A DNA stretch of 64,000 bases from a virus. Made by a program: the position numbers and the translations under genes. Location: positions 32,001 to 96,000 of the IMG/VR virus record IMGVR_UViG_3300035703_000022; one strand, 5' to 3'. Every line of letters starts with the position of its first letter. Position 1 is the stretch's first letter. Below the pieces are notes generated by a model. It was not told where the DNA came from and made no database searches. It was given only the letters and a program-made list of their open reading frames with translations. This document shows, one piece after another, positions 1-8,488 of this stretch.

Positions 1-36
1 TAAAAACTACATATAATGAAAAAATAATGAAGATAT

Positions 37-65
37 AAAAAAAGGAGGGTTTTATCCCTCCTTTT
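37..65. terminator. Rho-independent terminator downstream of gp32 (possibly bidirectional)
   Basis: GGAGGG-TTTTAT-CCCTCC hairpin flanked by A and T runs. Confidence 0.75.
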
Positions 66-71
66 AGTTTA

Positions 72-995
72 TCAGGACTCGGCCAGTTTCTGGAAGTAAC
101 TCAGAGCATCATCTGCATCTTCATCATCTTCTTCCTGAACTGCAGGACGAGCAATCTCAAAGGAAGGAGTAGAACGTTTCGGAGCGGATTCACCGCGACG
201 TTCTGCTTCCCATTGTTCATCCTCTTCAATGGTCTCAGGATCCTGTCGTGCGGGAGTTTTTGCACCCAGGACATAATCCAGACGTTTTTTCAAGTCCTCA
301 TAGGTTTTGAAGTTACTAGCAGCACTGAACTCATTGAGATCATTCAGATTCTTGTAGATACGTTCAAGTTTGTCATCATCATCTAGAAGAACGGAAGGTT
401 TTTCAAACTCAGACTTGTCATAGTTCCAGTAACCTTCAACCTTACGAATCTTCAGTTTGAAGTTAGCACCAGTCCAGAAATCAAAAGGATTGACGGCTTC
501 TTCATCTGCAAACTGTGGTTGCATCGCTTCTGTAATCTTATCATAGATCTTCTTACCGAACTTGTAGAGGAAGACACGACCCTCGTTCTCTGGGTGTGCA
601 GGATCACTCACCACATAAATGTTGGCGTAGTAAGAGAGTTTGCGTTTCTGTTTCCGAGCAATCTCCTTATCACGATCAGATCCAGAGTTCCACAGAACAC
701 GATTGTGTTCAGACACAGGATCTTTCTGTCCCAGAGTCGTCAGAGAGTTTTCGATGTACCAACCACCAGGGCCTTGGAATGCATGACTCCAAACTTGGGC
801 CCAAGGAAGTTCACATCCTTCGGGTGCAGGGAGGAATCGGATGACTGCATAACCATTTCCGGCTTTGTCTACTTCGGGTTTCCAGAAGCGGTCATCAGCA
901 CCACCTTCTCCACTATTCAGTTTTTCGACTTGTTTGATCAGTTTTTCAGTCAGTGAACCAGCACGGGACTGTTTCTTGAGATCAGCAAAAGACAT
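72..995 (-). CDS. gp32: T4-like single-stranded DNA-binding protein gp32
   Basis: MSFADLKK start, DDRFWKP, GYAVIRFLP, NPFDFWTGANFKLK, acidic C-tail. Confidence 0.97.
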   Translation of the reverse strand: MSFADLKKQSRAGSLTEKLIKQVEKLNSGEGGADDRFWKPEVDKAGNGYAVIRFLPAPEGCELPWAQVWSHAFQGPGGWYIENSLTTLGQKDPVSEHNRVLWNSGSDRDKEIARKQKRKLSYYANIYVVSDPAHPENEGRVFLYKFGKKIYDKITEAMQPQFADEEAVNPFDFWTGANFKLKIRKVEGYWNYDKSEFEKPSVLLDDDDKLERIYKNLNDLNEFSAASNFKTYEDLKKRLDYVLGAKTPARQDPETIEEDEQWEAERRGESAPKRSTPSFEIARPAVQEEDDEDADDALSYFQKLAES

Positions 996-1039
996 TTGTA
1001 TTCTCCGTATTGAGTGTATTTGGCCTTTGGGACGACTTT

Positions 1040-1068
1040 ATCTTACACGGGGTAGGAATGGTTGTCAA
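1040..1068 (-). promoter_or_regulatory. sigma70-type promoter for gp32
   Basis: TTGACA-17nt-TAAGAT on minus strand. Confidence 0.65.
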
Positions 1069-1076
1069 GCCACAGG

Positions 1077-1505
1077 TTATTTAGATTTGTTTCGGTGTTG
1101 GGCCAATGCAGCCAATCTACACCTTTCTATTACTTCTGGCGAGTGTTTTTTCCCTTTTGGCCAACCTCCTTTGTGGGGTTGGTTTTTCTTTGTTTCACTT
1201 ATTTTTCTTTTAGTTTCTTCCGATCTTTTCTCACAAAAATAAAACTTTTTGGAAGTTTGTTTTGATTTATTTGCAAAATGTGGATTTACATCTACTTTAT
1301 AAAATTCATGAAGATAACATTCTGCATTTATAGAATCTTCTATATTATCAAAAACTTCCAAAATAATTTTTTGAGTAGGTTTGAAAGTTTTGTCATGAAA
1401 ACTTCCAAAATAATTTACATCTTTTTCGGGTAAACATTTGCATTGGCGTTGACCAATATATCCTCTACCATACTCTTCATAAGAGTAATAGACATAAAAG
1501 TGCAT
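1077..1505 (-). CDS. GIY-YIG (Seg-like) homing endonuclease with NUMOD3-like repeats
   Basis: YVY...GYIG, YFGS, SEETKRKISE and HSPEVIER motifs. Confidence 0.8.
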   Translation of the reverse strand: MHFYVYYSYEEYGRGYIGQRQCKCLPEKDVNYFGSFHDKTFKPTQKIILEVFDNIEDSINAECYLHEFYKVDVNPHFANKSKQTSKKFYFCEKRSEETKRKISETKKNQPHKGGWPKGKKHSPEVIERCRLAALAQHRNKSK

Positions 1506-1532
1506 GACTGCTCTTTAGTTAACTCGCATTAT

Positions 1533-1540
1533 TATTTATA
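1533..1540 (-). promoter_or_regulatory. T4 late promoter upstream of the homing endonuclease
   Basis: TATAAATA on minus strand 28 nt before ATG. Confidence 0.7.
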
Positions 1541-1607
1541 TTTAAAAGGGGAGATTTTACTCTCCCCCACCTTACAGATTGCGAGTCAACTAAGGCAAAA
1601 TTATTTA

Positions 1608-1892
1608 TTAGTCTTTTGGCATTTCTTCTGGATTCTCTATTTGAAGTTCAAATAACAATGGGTGACACATTTCATCAATTAAGTAATTTGACCAACGATA
1701 CATGTCTTCAGATGTATATTCGTAATTATTTTCCGCTTCTATCTGTATATATGGATCTTGTTGCATAATCAACGGAATGTCATCAAAAGTAAAAGGAATT
1801 CCGTTGATGAAATACATGTCTACAATCTCACCATTGTGGAAACAATATGCGGAGGTGATTTTGTAGTGGTAGGACATCTTACATATCTGCAA
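1608..1892 (-). CDS. hypothetical cyanophage protein
   Basis: ORF packed with neighbours. Confidence 0.7.
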   Translation of the reverse strand: MQICKMSYHYKITSAYCFHNGEIVDMYFINGIPFTFDDIPLIMQQDPYIQIEAENNYEYTSEDMYRWSNYLIDEMCHPLLFELQIENPEEMPKD

Positions 1893-2208
1893 TTTTATCT
1901 AGACGGGACAGAGTGTTTTCCATCTCTGCAAATAATTCGTTAACATTATTTCCATCAAACCCCAGGAATTTGGCAGCATCTTGAATTCTTTCTTTCATTT
2001 CAAGTGCTTCTGGGTCATCAGATAACGAGAGACGGAAGTATAGATTCTTCTGTTTCTCTAGAAAAGTTCTCATGAGTTCGACATGTTCCTTCTTTTCCTC
2101 CTTACTCATAATAGGAGCTCTGAAGGTGTCTTGAATAATTTTTTGTTGAAGTTCTTCCATCTCTTTGATGGATTCTCTTACAATTTCGGATTGAAAAAAT
2201 CCACTCAC
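1879..2208 (-). CDS. DUF1825-like cyanophage protein
   Basis: FFQSEIV...LEKQKNLYFRLSLSDDPEA motif. Confidence 0.8.
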   Translation of the reverse strand: MSGFFQSEIVRESIKEMEELQQKIIQDTFRAPIMSKEEKKEHVELMRTFLEKQKNLYFRLSLSDDPEALEMKERIQDAAKFLGFDGNNVNELFAEMENTLSRLDKIADM

Positions 2209-2609
2209 TGTGCGATCTCCCTTTGTTTTAATTTTTTTAGAGTATTTTCCAATTCTAATAAAAATATGTCATTGGAATTATTTGAAGTAAATCCAAATAT
2301 TTTACCAGCATCTTCAAGTCTATTTTTCATATTAATCATTTCTGGATCTTCTGAAAAATTCACAATATTATATAATTTTCTTGTCTTTTTTAGAAAAGAG
2401 CTCATTAAAAGTATTTGTTCTTTTCTTTTTTTGTTATCTATGTAAGGATCATTTAAGGTTTCTTCAATAACTTGAAGGAGATTCTTGTCGCCTAATAGTA
2501 TATAATAATGAGTTGTTTCAACGTTACTATTATTATCCACAACAAAATTTTGAACTGTTTCGAGAATTTCTTTAAGTTTTTTTCCTTCTTTTAGAAGAAA
2601 TTTTTTCAC
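2205..2609 (-). CDS. divergent DUF1825-like paralogue
   Basis: FSEDPEMINMKNRLEDAGKIFGF aligns with LSDDPEALEMKERIQDAAKFLGF of the neighbour. Confidence 0.65.
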   Translation of the reverse strand: MKKFLLKEGKKLKEILETVQNFVVDNNSNVETTHYYILLGDKNLLQVIEETLNDPYIDNKKRKEQILLMSSFLKKTRKLYNIVNFSEDPEMINMKNRLEDAGKIFGFTSNNSNDIFLLELENTLKKLKQREIAQ

Positions 2610-3199
2610 AACACAATCTCCTTTAAGATCTTTATATATTTTTCCTTATCAATATTTAGGAAAGACCTGTATTTTTTTATACGCAAACTGACGGATTCCC
2701 ACACTGGATCGAATAGTTTTTTGTCAAACTTTTTAGAAAAATTTAAGATCATATCCATAATAACAAAAGTTTCTATAGATATGGCATTTTGCAAATATTT
2801 TTTAAGAATCTCTGGATGGGATGAACCTTTAAGTTCAAACAAAGAATCAAAGGTTTTTTTGTTGAAAAATATTTCGGATTCAGTTTTAAAGAGATATAAA
2901 AGACTTTGAGATCTTTTTAACCAATTTGAATAATTTTTTTCTCCTGACTCAATAATTTCACCTATCCATAGTTTTGAAGGATCATCACATTCTACAAAAT
3001 TAGCCAGGAAATATTGACGGATCTCATCATCAGACTTCTGACGAGACATACGTTCAAAAAAGTAACGATCTTTTCTTTTGTTGAACGACTCTTTTGAAGC
3101 TCGTGACTTCCCGCAATATTGAAAGTAATCGTAGTTCGGTTTAGTGAAATGATTCTTGAATGCCAGATATGTTTTGTATACCTCTATTGGCGTCATCAA
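2606..3199 (-). CDS. gp59: helicase loader gp59
   Basis: YKTYLAFKNHFT...YDYF, FNKRKDRYFF; T4 synteny 33-59-32. Confidence 0.9.
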   Translation of the reverse strand: MMTPIEVYKTYLAFKNHFTKPNYDYFQYCGKSRASKESFNKRKDRYFFERMSRQKSDDEIRQYFLANFVECDDPSKLWIGEIIESGEKNYSNWLKRSQSLLYLFKTESEIFFNKKTFDSLFELKGSSHPEILKKYLQNAISIETFVIMDMILNFSKKFDKKLFDPVWESVSLRIKKYRSFLNIDKEKYIKILKEIVL

Positions 3200-3459
3200 A
3201 AAACTAATTTAGCACGACTTGTTTTTTTAAGAAAGTTAAGTTGAGTTGCTTCATACTTAAGTTTTTCTTTTAATGGTTTTGAGATCAGTTTAGATACTGA
3301 TTCAAACTCGATACTGTTTTCTTCACAGTATGTGACAATTGCTTCAATATAATTAATTTTTGAAGTAGTCACTAGATATTCAATATCTTGTGCAAACTTG
3401 GACTGACACAAAAATTTTTCTTTTATTAGTAAATTTACGTCTTCAGTGTTATTTTGCAT
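3196..3459 (-). CDS. gp33: late transcription co-activator gp33 (start probably ATG 3459)
   Basis: NYIEAIVTYCEEN...KLISKPLKEKLKYEA. Confidence 0.9.
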   Translation of the reverse strand: MQNNTEDVNLLIKEKFLCQSKFAQDIEYLVTTSKINYIEAIVTYCEENSIEFESVSKLISKPLKEKLKYEATQLNFLKKTSRAKLVF

Positions 3460-3463
3460 GGGA

Positions 3464-4129
3464 TTAGGTTTTGTATGTGACAAATTCTCTAATGTATTTG
3501 GTAAGAAGTTTAATATAGTAATCTTTGTTTCTTTTTTCATAGACGAAGCATTCTCCATTGTCAGCGACCATAATAGTGATCAATTTTTTAACTGGAATAC
3601 CAGTCATTTCATAATACATGCAAGCATATGCTGTTTCCTGGACAAAATAATTTTCAATCCATTCTTCAGGTTTTATTTTTTTTGAAGTCTTGAAGTCAAT
3701 AACTGCGAGCTCTCCCTCGTACTCAGCGATGCAATCTACTCTGCCCGCAAGTCCCAAGTAGTCACTATAAAGTGACTTTTCTAAAGCATGTATATTATTT
3801 ATACGATCAAGATAAGGCTTTGCTGCAAGAAAGAGAAACTTTGTTACAGGAAGTGGATTATACTTGTCAATATCTTCATTCAACAAATACTTCTCAACAA
3901 TATCATGAAACTTGGTTCCACGATCTGTTGCAACCTTAGTGATCTTATTGGCTTCTTCTTCACCAACTTTCTTACGCCAGTCAATAAATTTTTGTCTACC
4001 ATAAAAACTGGTCACAGAAGTGATAGAAGGATATAACCTACCAGAAGGGACTCGATAAAACCGAGTCCCTTCAATCATTTCTGCTTGTAAGTCAACCTCT
4101 TCTTTCAAATAATCTAAATGAACAAACAT
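3464..4129 (-). CDS. PD-(D/E)XK exonuclease (ExoA-like)
   Basis: PSITSV, RGTKFH, AGRVDC, IDFKTS, YFVQETAY. Confidence 0.9.
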   Translation of the reverse strand: MFVHLDYLKEEVDLQAEMIEGTRFYRVPSGRLYPSITSVTSFYGRQKFIDWRKKVGEEEANKITKVATDRGTKFHDIVEKYLLNEDIDKYNPLPVTKFLFLAAKPYLDRINNIHALEKSLYSDYLGLAGRVDCIAEYEGELAVIDFKTSKKIKPEEWIENYFVQETAYACMYYEMTGIPVKKLITIMVADNGECFVYEKRNKDYYIKLLTKYIREFVTYKT

Positions 4130-4887
4130 TACATACCTAAAGCCAATTTAGCAACAATATAGTTTTTGACAAGTCCAGAACGAACAATATCATCAACTCC
4201 AAATTCTACCATGGAAAAATCATATTCCATTGCACGAATAATTTTCATAAAATCAAGAATCCCATTTTTTTCATGGGTTTTAACAAGATCAGATTGAGTA
4301 GCATCACCACAAAATACAATCTTACTATTTTCACCAATACGAGTAATTATACTATCTAATTCATGAAAATTCAAGTTTTGCATTTCATCGACTAATACAA
4401 TTGCGTTATCGAGAGTAGTACCACGAATAAAACTAGTTGACCAGAATGAAATAGTCTCTTGGGCTTTAAGATTTCCATAGAGCATTTCAAAGTCAGCATC
4501 AGAAGGCAACTCAAACATATACTTACACATGTTCTTGTAAGGAATCTGATAGAGAGAGGATTTATCCTCATGATCTCCTGGCAGGAAACCAATTTCTCTA
4601 GTAGAAACAAGAGATCTTACAATATAAACTTTTTCATATGGAGTTCTTTCGTCAAGAACATCTTTAAGTGCAAGATAAAGACCCACAAATGTTTTACCTG
4701 TACCTGCAGCACCGTAGGCAAAGATATTTTTACCTTTTTTGTATTCATCAAAAAAGATTTTTTGATTATCCGTTAACGGAGAAATATCCGTCATTAACTC
4801 AGAGTTAATTGGTTTTTTACGGCGCATTTGTTTTGCGCTCATACCAATACCGATGTTGCCATTAGAAGATTTTCTTGATCTGGGCAT
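4129..4887 (-). CDS. phoH: PhoH-family ATPase
   Basis: GAAGTGKT Walker A, IGFLPGD, RGTT, DEMQN, GDATQSD. Confidence 0.96.
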   Translation of the reverse strand: MPRSRKSSNGNIGIGMSAKQMRRKKPINSELMTDISPLTDNQKIFFDEYKKGKNIFAYGAAGTGKTFVGLYLALKDVLDERTPYEKVYIVRSLVSTREIGFLPGDHEDKSSLYQIPYKNMCKYMFELPSDADFEMLYGNLKAQETISFWSTSFIRGTTLDNAIVLVDEMQNLNFHELDSIITRIGENSKIVFCGDATQSDLVKTHEKNGILDFMKIIRAMEYDFSMVEFGVDDIVRSGLVKNYIVAKLALGM

Positions 4888-4888
4888 A

Positions 4889-5137
4889 CTAGATTTTCTT
4901 TACTTTGGAACCAGGTGCTTTAGAGGCTTTGTGAAGAACATCATTCCAGCCTGGATTTCTGGAAATGAGTTTGTCTTTCCACTCGCCTACTTCACCAGCA
5001 CTAGGACAGGTAGATGGATCACTCCAATCTCTGTCCCAATCTGGATTATCTTTTTTCCACTGGTCCCAGGCGTGGATACTCATTTCCACTTCTTTCTGTT
5101 CTCCAGTGGTTTTATTAATAACAGGATAAGTCGCCAT
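4889..5137 (-). CDS. conserved cyanophage hypothetical protein
   Basis: MATYPVINKTTGEQKEV..., usual phoH neighbour. Confidence 0.8.
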   Translation of the reverse strand: MATYPVINKTTGEQKEVEMSIHAWDQWKKDNPDWDRDWSDPSTCPSAGEVGEWKDKLISRNPGWNDVLHKASKAPGSKVKKI

Positions 5138-5162
5138 TTAAGTAATGAATTTCAATTATGAT

Positions 5163-6017
5163 TTATTTATTGGGTATTTTTTTGGCGATATAGTGTTGTT
5201 GAGAAACTTGTTCTATATGCCATTTTACCACAGGTTCTACGTAATAACCAGCATCACTTTTTAGCTTGTATTTTTTATAATTTTTTCTGTTGTGTTTTTC
5301 TAAAATTAGTTTATGCACTACATTGTCATCATCGACATTATTATATTTTTTAAGATGTTCTCTAATTGTTAATTCTAGATATTTGTTTTCTTTATAAGCT
5401 TGAAACTCTTCCACTCGTTTTTTTGTTAAATGTGGCAATGAAAATAATGTTTTTGCGTAAAAATCAATATTCACATGTTTCAGTCCCAAGAGTAATATTC
5501 TTTCATAAATTTCAGTGTCTTCCCAGGCAGCAAATTTACTCATATTTTCATTATATCCACCCACTTTAAAGTAATTTTCTCTCGATATGTATAATGTACC
5601 CCAAAGTGGTTTTAAGTACTTATAATTTTGATAAACATGATCAGGATCAAGTTTTGAATTAGTAAAATGCCACCCTTCATCAGTACCAGTTAAAAAGGTT
5701 TTATTATCAATTTTATGATGATCAAAAAAATTAAAATATGGATTCATAACTGTATCTGAATCCAACTTTAGAATATAATCACTCTTAACTAGAGATGCAG
5801 CTAAATTTAATGGTTGGGGTTGATTAAAATAGGGTTCTTTTGGGACAGTAATGATTTTAATTCTACTATCTAATCGACTTAAATGTTGAATTGGAACATC
5901 AGAATTCCAATCTGTTACGATGATTTCATCTACTTCACTGAATTGAATCCAAGAACTTATGGACACAGTTAAAGCCTCACCCCTATTTTTACATGCAGAT
6001 ATTATGGAAATACTCAT
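5163..6017 (-). CDS. GT2/GT7-like glycosyltransferase
   Basis: ACKNR, LKLDSD (DxD), VGGYNENM...WEDTE. Confidence 0.8.
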   Translation of the reverse strand: MSISIISACKNRGEALTVSISSWIQFSEVDEIIVTDWNSDVPIQHLSRLDSRIKIITVPKEPYFNQPQPLNLAASLVKSDYILKLDSDTVMNPYFNFFDHHKIDNKTFLTGTDEGWHFTNSKLDPDHVYQNYKYLKPLWGTLYISRENYFKVGGYNENMSKFAAWEDTEIYERILLLGLKHVNIDFYAKTLFSLPHLTKKRVEEFQAYKENKYLELTIREHLKKYNNVDDDNVVHKLILEKHNRKNYKKYKLKSDAGYYVEPVVKWHIEQVSQQHYIAKKIPNK

Positions 6018-6694
6018 ATTTTAACTGCTTCATATATTTGATCATTTATTTGGGTTATTTCCCATTTGTATAGTGGTTTTGAATACCATTCTATAGAATT
6101 TATTGTTTCTTTTTGTTTTTCTTTATCAAATTTTTCATCGGATTCTATAAAATTAAGTATTTCCATCATTCTTGCAGATGTTGGATATACGTTATGATTT
6201 TTTTCTTTACATAGTTTAACCATATAGTTATAGAGTTCCTCTCCAACAAAGTCTTTTCCAAATTCACTTAAAATTTGACTTATACTTTCAAATGATTCAA
6301 AGTTCTTTACTCTATCTTTATTTGTATGTGGAATATGTAAAGCTGAAAGTTTCTGTGCATCTATTAGAATTGGAGTAAGTCCATATGATATCAATCTTAC
6401 TGCCAATTCATCATCTTCTACTGCATAATACTTTCCCATGTTTTCATTATATCCACCGACTTTTCTAAAGGTTTCGGTACTTACATAGAGCAGTCCCCAT
6501 AAAGGATGTAAAAAATCAAAATCCATTCCTTTTAACAAACTATTCGATCCAGTTATAAAAGAATTTTCTTGAATTTGGTGAAAATCAAAAAAATTAAAAT
6601 ATGGATTAAATAAATGATCACAATCCAACTTTAGAATATAATCACTCTTAACTAGAGATGCAGCTAAATTTAATGGTTGGGGTTGATTAAAATA
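5759..6694. repeat. 73-bp exact direct repeat (5759-5831 = 6622-6694) shared by the two GT paralogues
   Basis: aatccaactttagaatataatcactc...ggttgattaaaata identical in both genes. Confidence 0.9.
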
Positions 6695-6898
6695 AGTTTC
6701 ATCTTTTACATTAATTATTTTTACTTTTTTATCCCATACCGTCAAGTGATCTATTGGATCATCGGAATTCCAATTTGTTATGATGATTTCATCAACCTCA
6801 TCAAATTGCATCCACGAAGAAACAGATATAGCCAAAGCTTTAGATCTGTTTTTACATGCAGTTATTATAGAAATTGACATTTTATTGACTAATATCAA
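6014..6898 (-). CDS. GT2/GT7-like glycosyltransferase, tandem paralogue
   Basis: LKLDCD, VGGYNENM...EDDE; similar to 5163..6017. Confidence 0.8.
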   Translation of the reverse strand: MILVNKMSISIITACKNRSKALAISVSSWMQFDEVDEIIITNWNSDDPIDHLTVWDKKVKIINVKDETYFNQPQPLNLAASLVKSDYILKLDCDHLFNPYFNFFDFHQIQENSFITGSNSLLKGMDFDFLHPLWGLLYVSTETFRKVGGYNENMGKYYAVEDDELAVRLISYGLTPILIDAQKLSALHIPHTNKDRVKNFESFESISQILSEFGKDFVGEELYNYMVKLCKEKNHNVYPTSARMMEILNFIESDEKFDKEKQKETINSIEWYSKPLYKWEITQINDQIYEAVKI

Positions 6899-6910
6899 GA
6901 TCAGAGTAAT

Positions 6911-7096
6911 CTAATTTTTGGAGTTCTTCTGGATCAATTTCTTTAGTCTTGAATTCTCCATTTTCCGTATATTCGACAATATATTTTTCAGGTGTTGCTT
7001 CAAGTATCGTACATGAAGTCCAAACTTTGTCTTTAGATAAGGCTTGAGTTTGATAGTACATATTATTTTTCTATTATCCTTGGTATATATCACCAC
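6911..7096 (-). CDS. small basic hypothetical protein
   Basis: ORF overlapping thyX stop. Confidence 0.5.
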   Translation of the reverse strand: MVIYTKDNRKIICTIKLKPYLKTKFGLHVRYLKQHLKNILSNIRKMENSRLKKLIQKNSKN

Positions 7097-7722
7097 TCCA
7101 GAGCTTCTGCAACTGAAGGGAATTGTTGTTTGAATACCTCTTTACAAGCAAGTGCGATATCCATGTGTTCTTTCTGAGTTCCATTGGATGAACGCAGATT
7201 GATATAATGAATCCAACTACGACAAGAGCCTGTCATGTAGATACGAGTTGGAGTTGCGAGAGGAAGTACAAAACGAGCACACTCCTTAGCAACACCTTGA
7301 CTCAGAAGATAGTTATAGACCTCCTGAGCGTCCCTGAAGAGGTCTTGAATCATTTTGTTCATCACGAAGACCCTTTCTTCATCCATGTCATCAATCGAGT
7401 TCTGGCGGTTCTTGGTGTCCTGCCTACGCAGTTCTGGCACGGGAATGTCAGTACTCAGCAGATTTGTATCTGCATATCTTTGAGAAAACTCCTGGAATGT
7501 GAAGCTACGATGACGAAGAATCTGGGCTGCAATACCACGATTTGTTTCAATCTCAAGAGTCATAGAAGACTGCTCAAACACAGACCAATGATTATGCTTA
7601 ATACAATAAGCGAGCAACTTGGCATAGTTTTCGTTGTCTTGATTCGCAGGATTAGAAACTCGAGCAATATACGCCATTGTTTTTTCTGCATCGGGAGTGA
7701 TCGAAATAAGTTTTACAGTCAT
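7090..7722 (-). CDS. thyX: FAD-dependent thymidylate synthase
   Basis: HWSVFE, QILRHRSFTFQEFSQRY ThyX motif. Confidence 0.97.
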   Translation of the reverse strand: MTVKLISITPDAEKTMAYIARVSNPANQDNENYAKLLAYCIKHNHWSVFEQSSMTLEIETNRGIAAQILRHRSFTFQEFSQRYADTNLLSTDIPVPELRRQDTKNRQNSIDDMDEERVFVMNKMIQDLFRDAQEVYNYLLSQGVAKECARFVLPLATPTRIYMTGSCRSWIHYINLRSSNGTQKEHMDIALACKEVFKQQFPSVAEALEW

Positions 7723-7730
7723 TTAATTTC

Positions 7731-7898
7731 TCAGTCAGGGTATCCATCGTCATCGAAGACCTCATCATAATCGGAGATGTGGCCTTCTGGTTTGGGGGTT
7801 AGTCTATAAGAATCTGGATCAGAATAAATTTCTGATTTAAGACATTCTACAAGTGACTCCAGATTTCTTACAATCAATTTAAGTTTTTCTCTATCCAT
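7731..7898 (-). CDS. small acidic hypothetical protein (55 aa; not in ORF track)
   Basis: MDREKLKLIVRNLESLVECLKSEIYSD...DDDGYPD. Confidence 0.75.
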   Translation of the reverse strand: MDREKLKLIVRNLESLVECLKSEIYSDPDSYRLTPKPEGHISDYDEVFDDDGYPD

Positions 7899-7927
7899 GA
7901 TTATACATAATCTCTACTAATTATAGA

Positions 7928-7958
7928 CAAAAAAAGAGGGGGAGTCAAGTCCCCCTCT
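7928..7958 (-). terminator. terminator ending the riboswitch-controlled small-ORF operon
   Basis: AGAGGGGGACTTGACTCCCCTCT followed by T run. Confidence 0.8.
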
Positions 7959-7962
7959 AATA

Positions 7963-8064
7963 TTAAGCAACTTGAGGTTGCTTTGCCATATTCAGTTGTG
8001 CATTATGAAGGAGTTGTTCCTTCTTTGCCTTTTTCTTAAGATAACGAACGAAGTAAGTGTTCAT
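7963..8064 (-). CDS. 33-aa basic peptide coupled to the DUF4278 gene
   Basis: MNTYFVRYLKKKAKKEQLLHNAQLNMAKQPQVA; ATGA overlap; GGAGG SD. Confidence 0.7.
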   Translation of the reverse strand: MNTYFVRYLKKKAKKEQLLHNAQLNMAKQPQVA

Positions 8065-8198
8065 TTATGCCCCTCCTTTACAAACTTAATACCACGATAG
8101 GTTTCGTTGTATTGTTGGGGTTGTTGCATCATTTGCTGTTGATATGCGATACGCTTTTCAGTATCATATTCAACGCCACGATATACGACTTTAGACAT
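8061..8198 (-). CDS. DUF4278-family small protein (45 aa)
   Basis: MSKVVYRGVEYD...TYRGIKF double YRG motif; AGGAG SD. Confidence 0.85.
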   Translation of the reverse strand: MSKVVYRGVEYDTEKRIAYQQQMMQQPQQYNETYRGIKFVKEGHK

Positions 8199-8230
8199 TA
8201 GGGTTCTCCTTAGTTTTTTAAGTTAAAGAG

Positions 8231-8402
8231 CGTTCCTTCAGTCGGCTTTTGCGTCTTGGAAACAACCTTTCTTGGTTACCTGTTTAATCTCCCATACAAT
8301 ATCATTCTTCTGTTGAAGACTTAATTCTGGGTGAGTTATCACTCTACCAATAATAAACTGTGCCTGTAGACAAGTTAAGAAGAGTGCTTCCATAGATGAA
8401 CG
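8231..8402 (-). ncRNA. glnA-type glutamine riboswitch aptamer 2 with ~150-nt P2 insertion
   Basis: 5' CGTTCATC ... 3' GACGCAAAAGCCGACTGAAGGAACG matches the glnA RNA consensus as recalled. Confidence 0.8.
8238..8393 (-). CDS. 51-aa ORF nested within riboswitch aptamer 2
   Basis: MEALFLTCLQAQFIIGRVITHPELSLQQKNDIVWEIKQVTKKGCFQDAKAD*; 156 nt, no internal stop. Confidence 0.7.
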   Translation of the reverse strand: MEALFLTCLQAQFIIGRVITHPELSLQQKNDIVWEIKQVTKKGCFQDAKAD

Positions 8403-8405
8403 ATC

Positions 8406-8445
8406 CGTTCCGAGTCGGCTTACTTCCGTCCCATAGGGATGAACG
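8406..8445 (-). ncRNA. glnA-type glutamine riboswitch aptamer 1
   Basis: CGTTCATCCCTATGGGACGGAAGTAAGCCGACTCGGAACG: P1 CGTTC/GAACG, P2 hairpin, GGAAGTAAG. Confidence 0.8.
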
Positions 8446-8452
8446 TAAGGTC

Positions 8453-8481
8453 ATTATAGACCTATTGACTTATATATGCAA
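8453..8481 (-). promoter_or_regulatory. sigma70 promoter for the riboswitch/DUF4278 transcript
   Basis: TTGCAT-17nt-TATAAT ending 7 nt before aptamer 1. Confidence 0.8.
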
Positions 8482-8488
8482 GTACTTT

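Noticed and set aside
3464-4129. Cas4/CRISPR association of the exonuclease
   Set aside because: Standard T4-like cyanophage PD-(D/E)XK nuclease with no Fe-S Cys cluster and no cas genes or array
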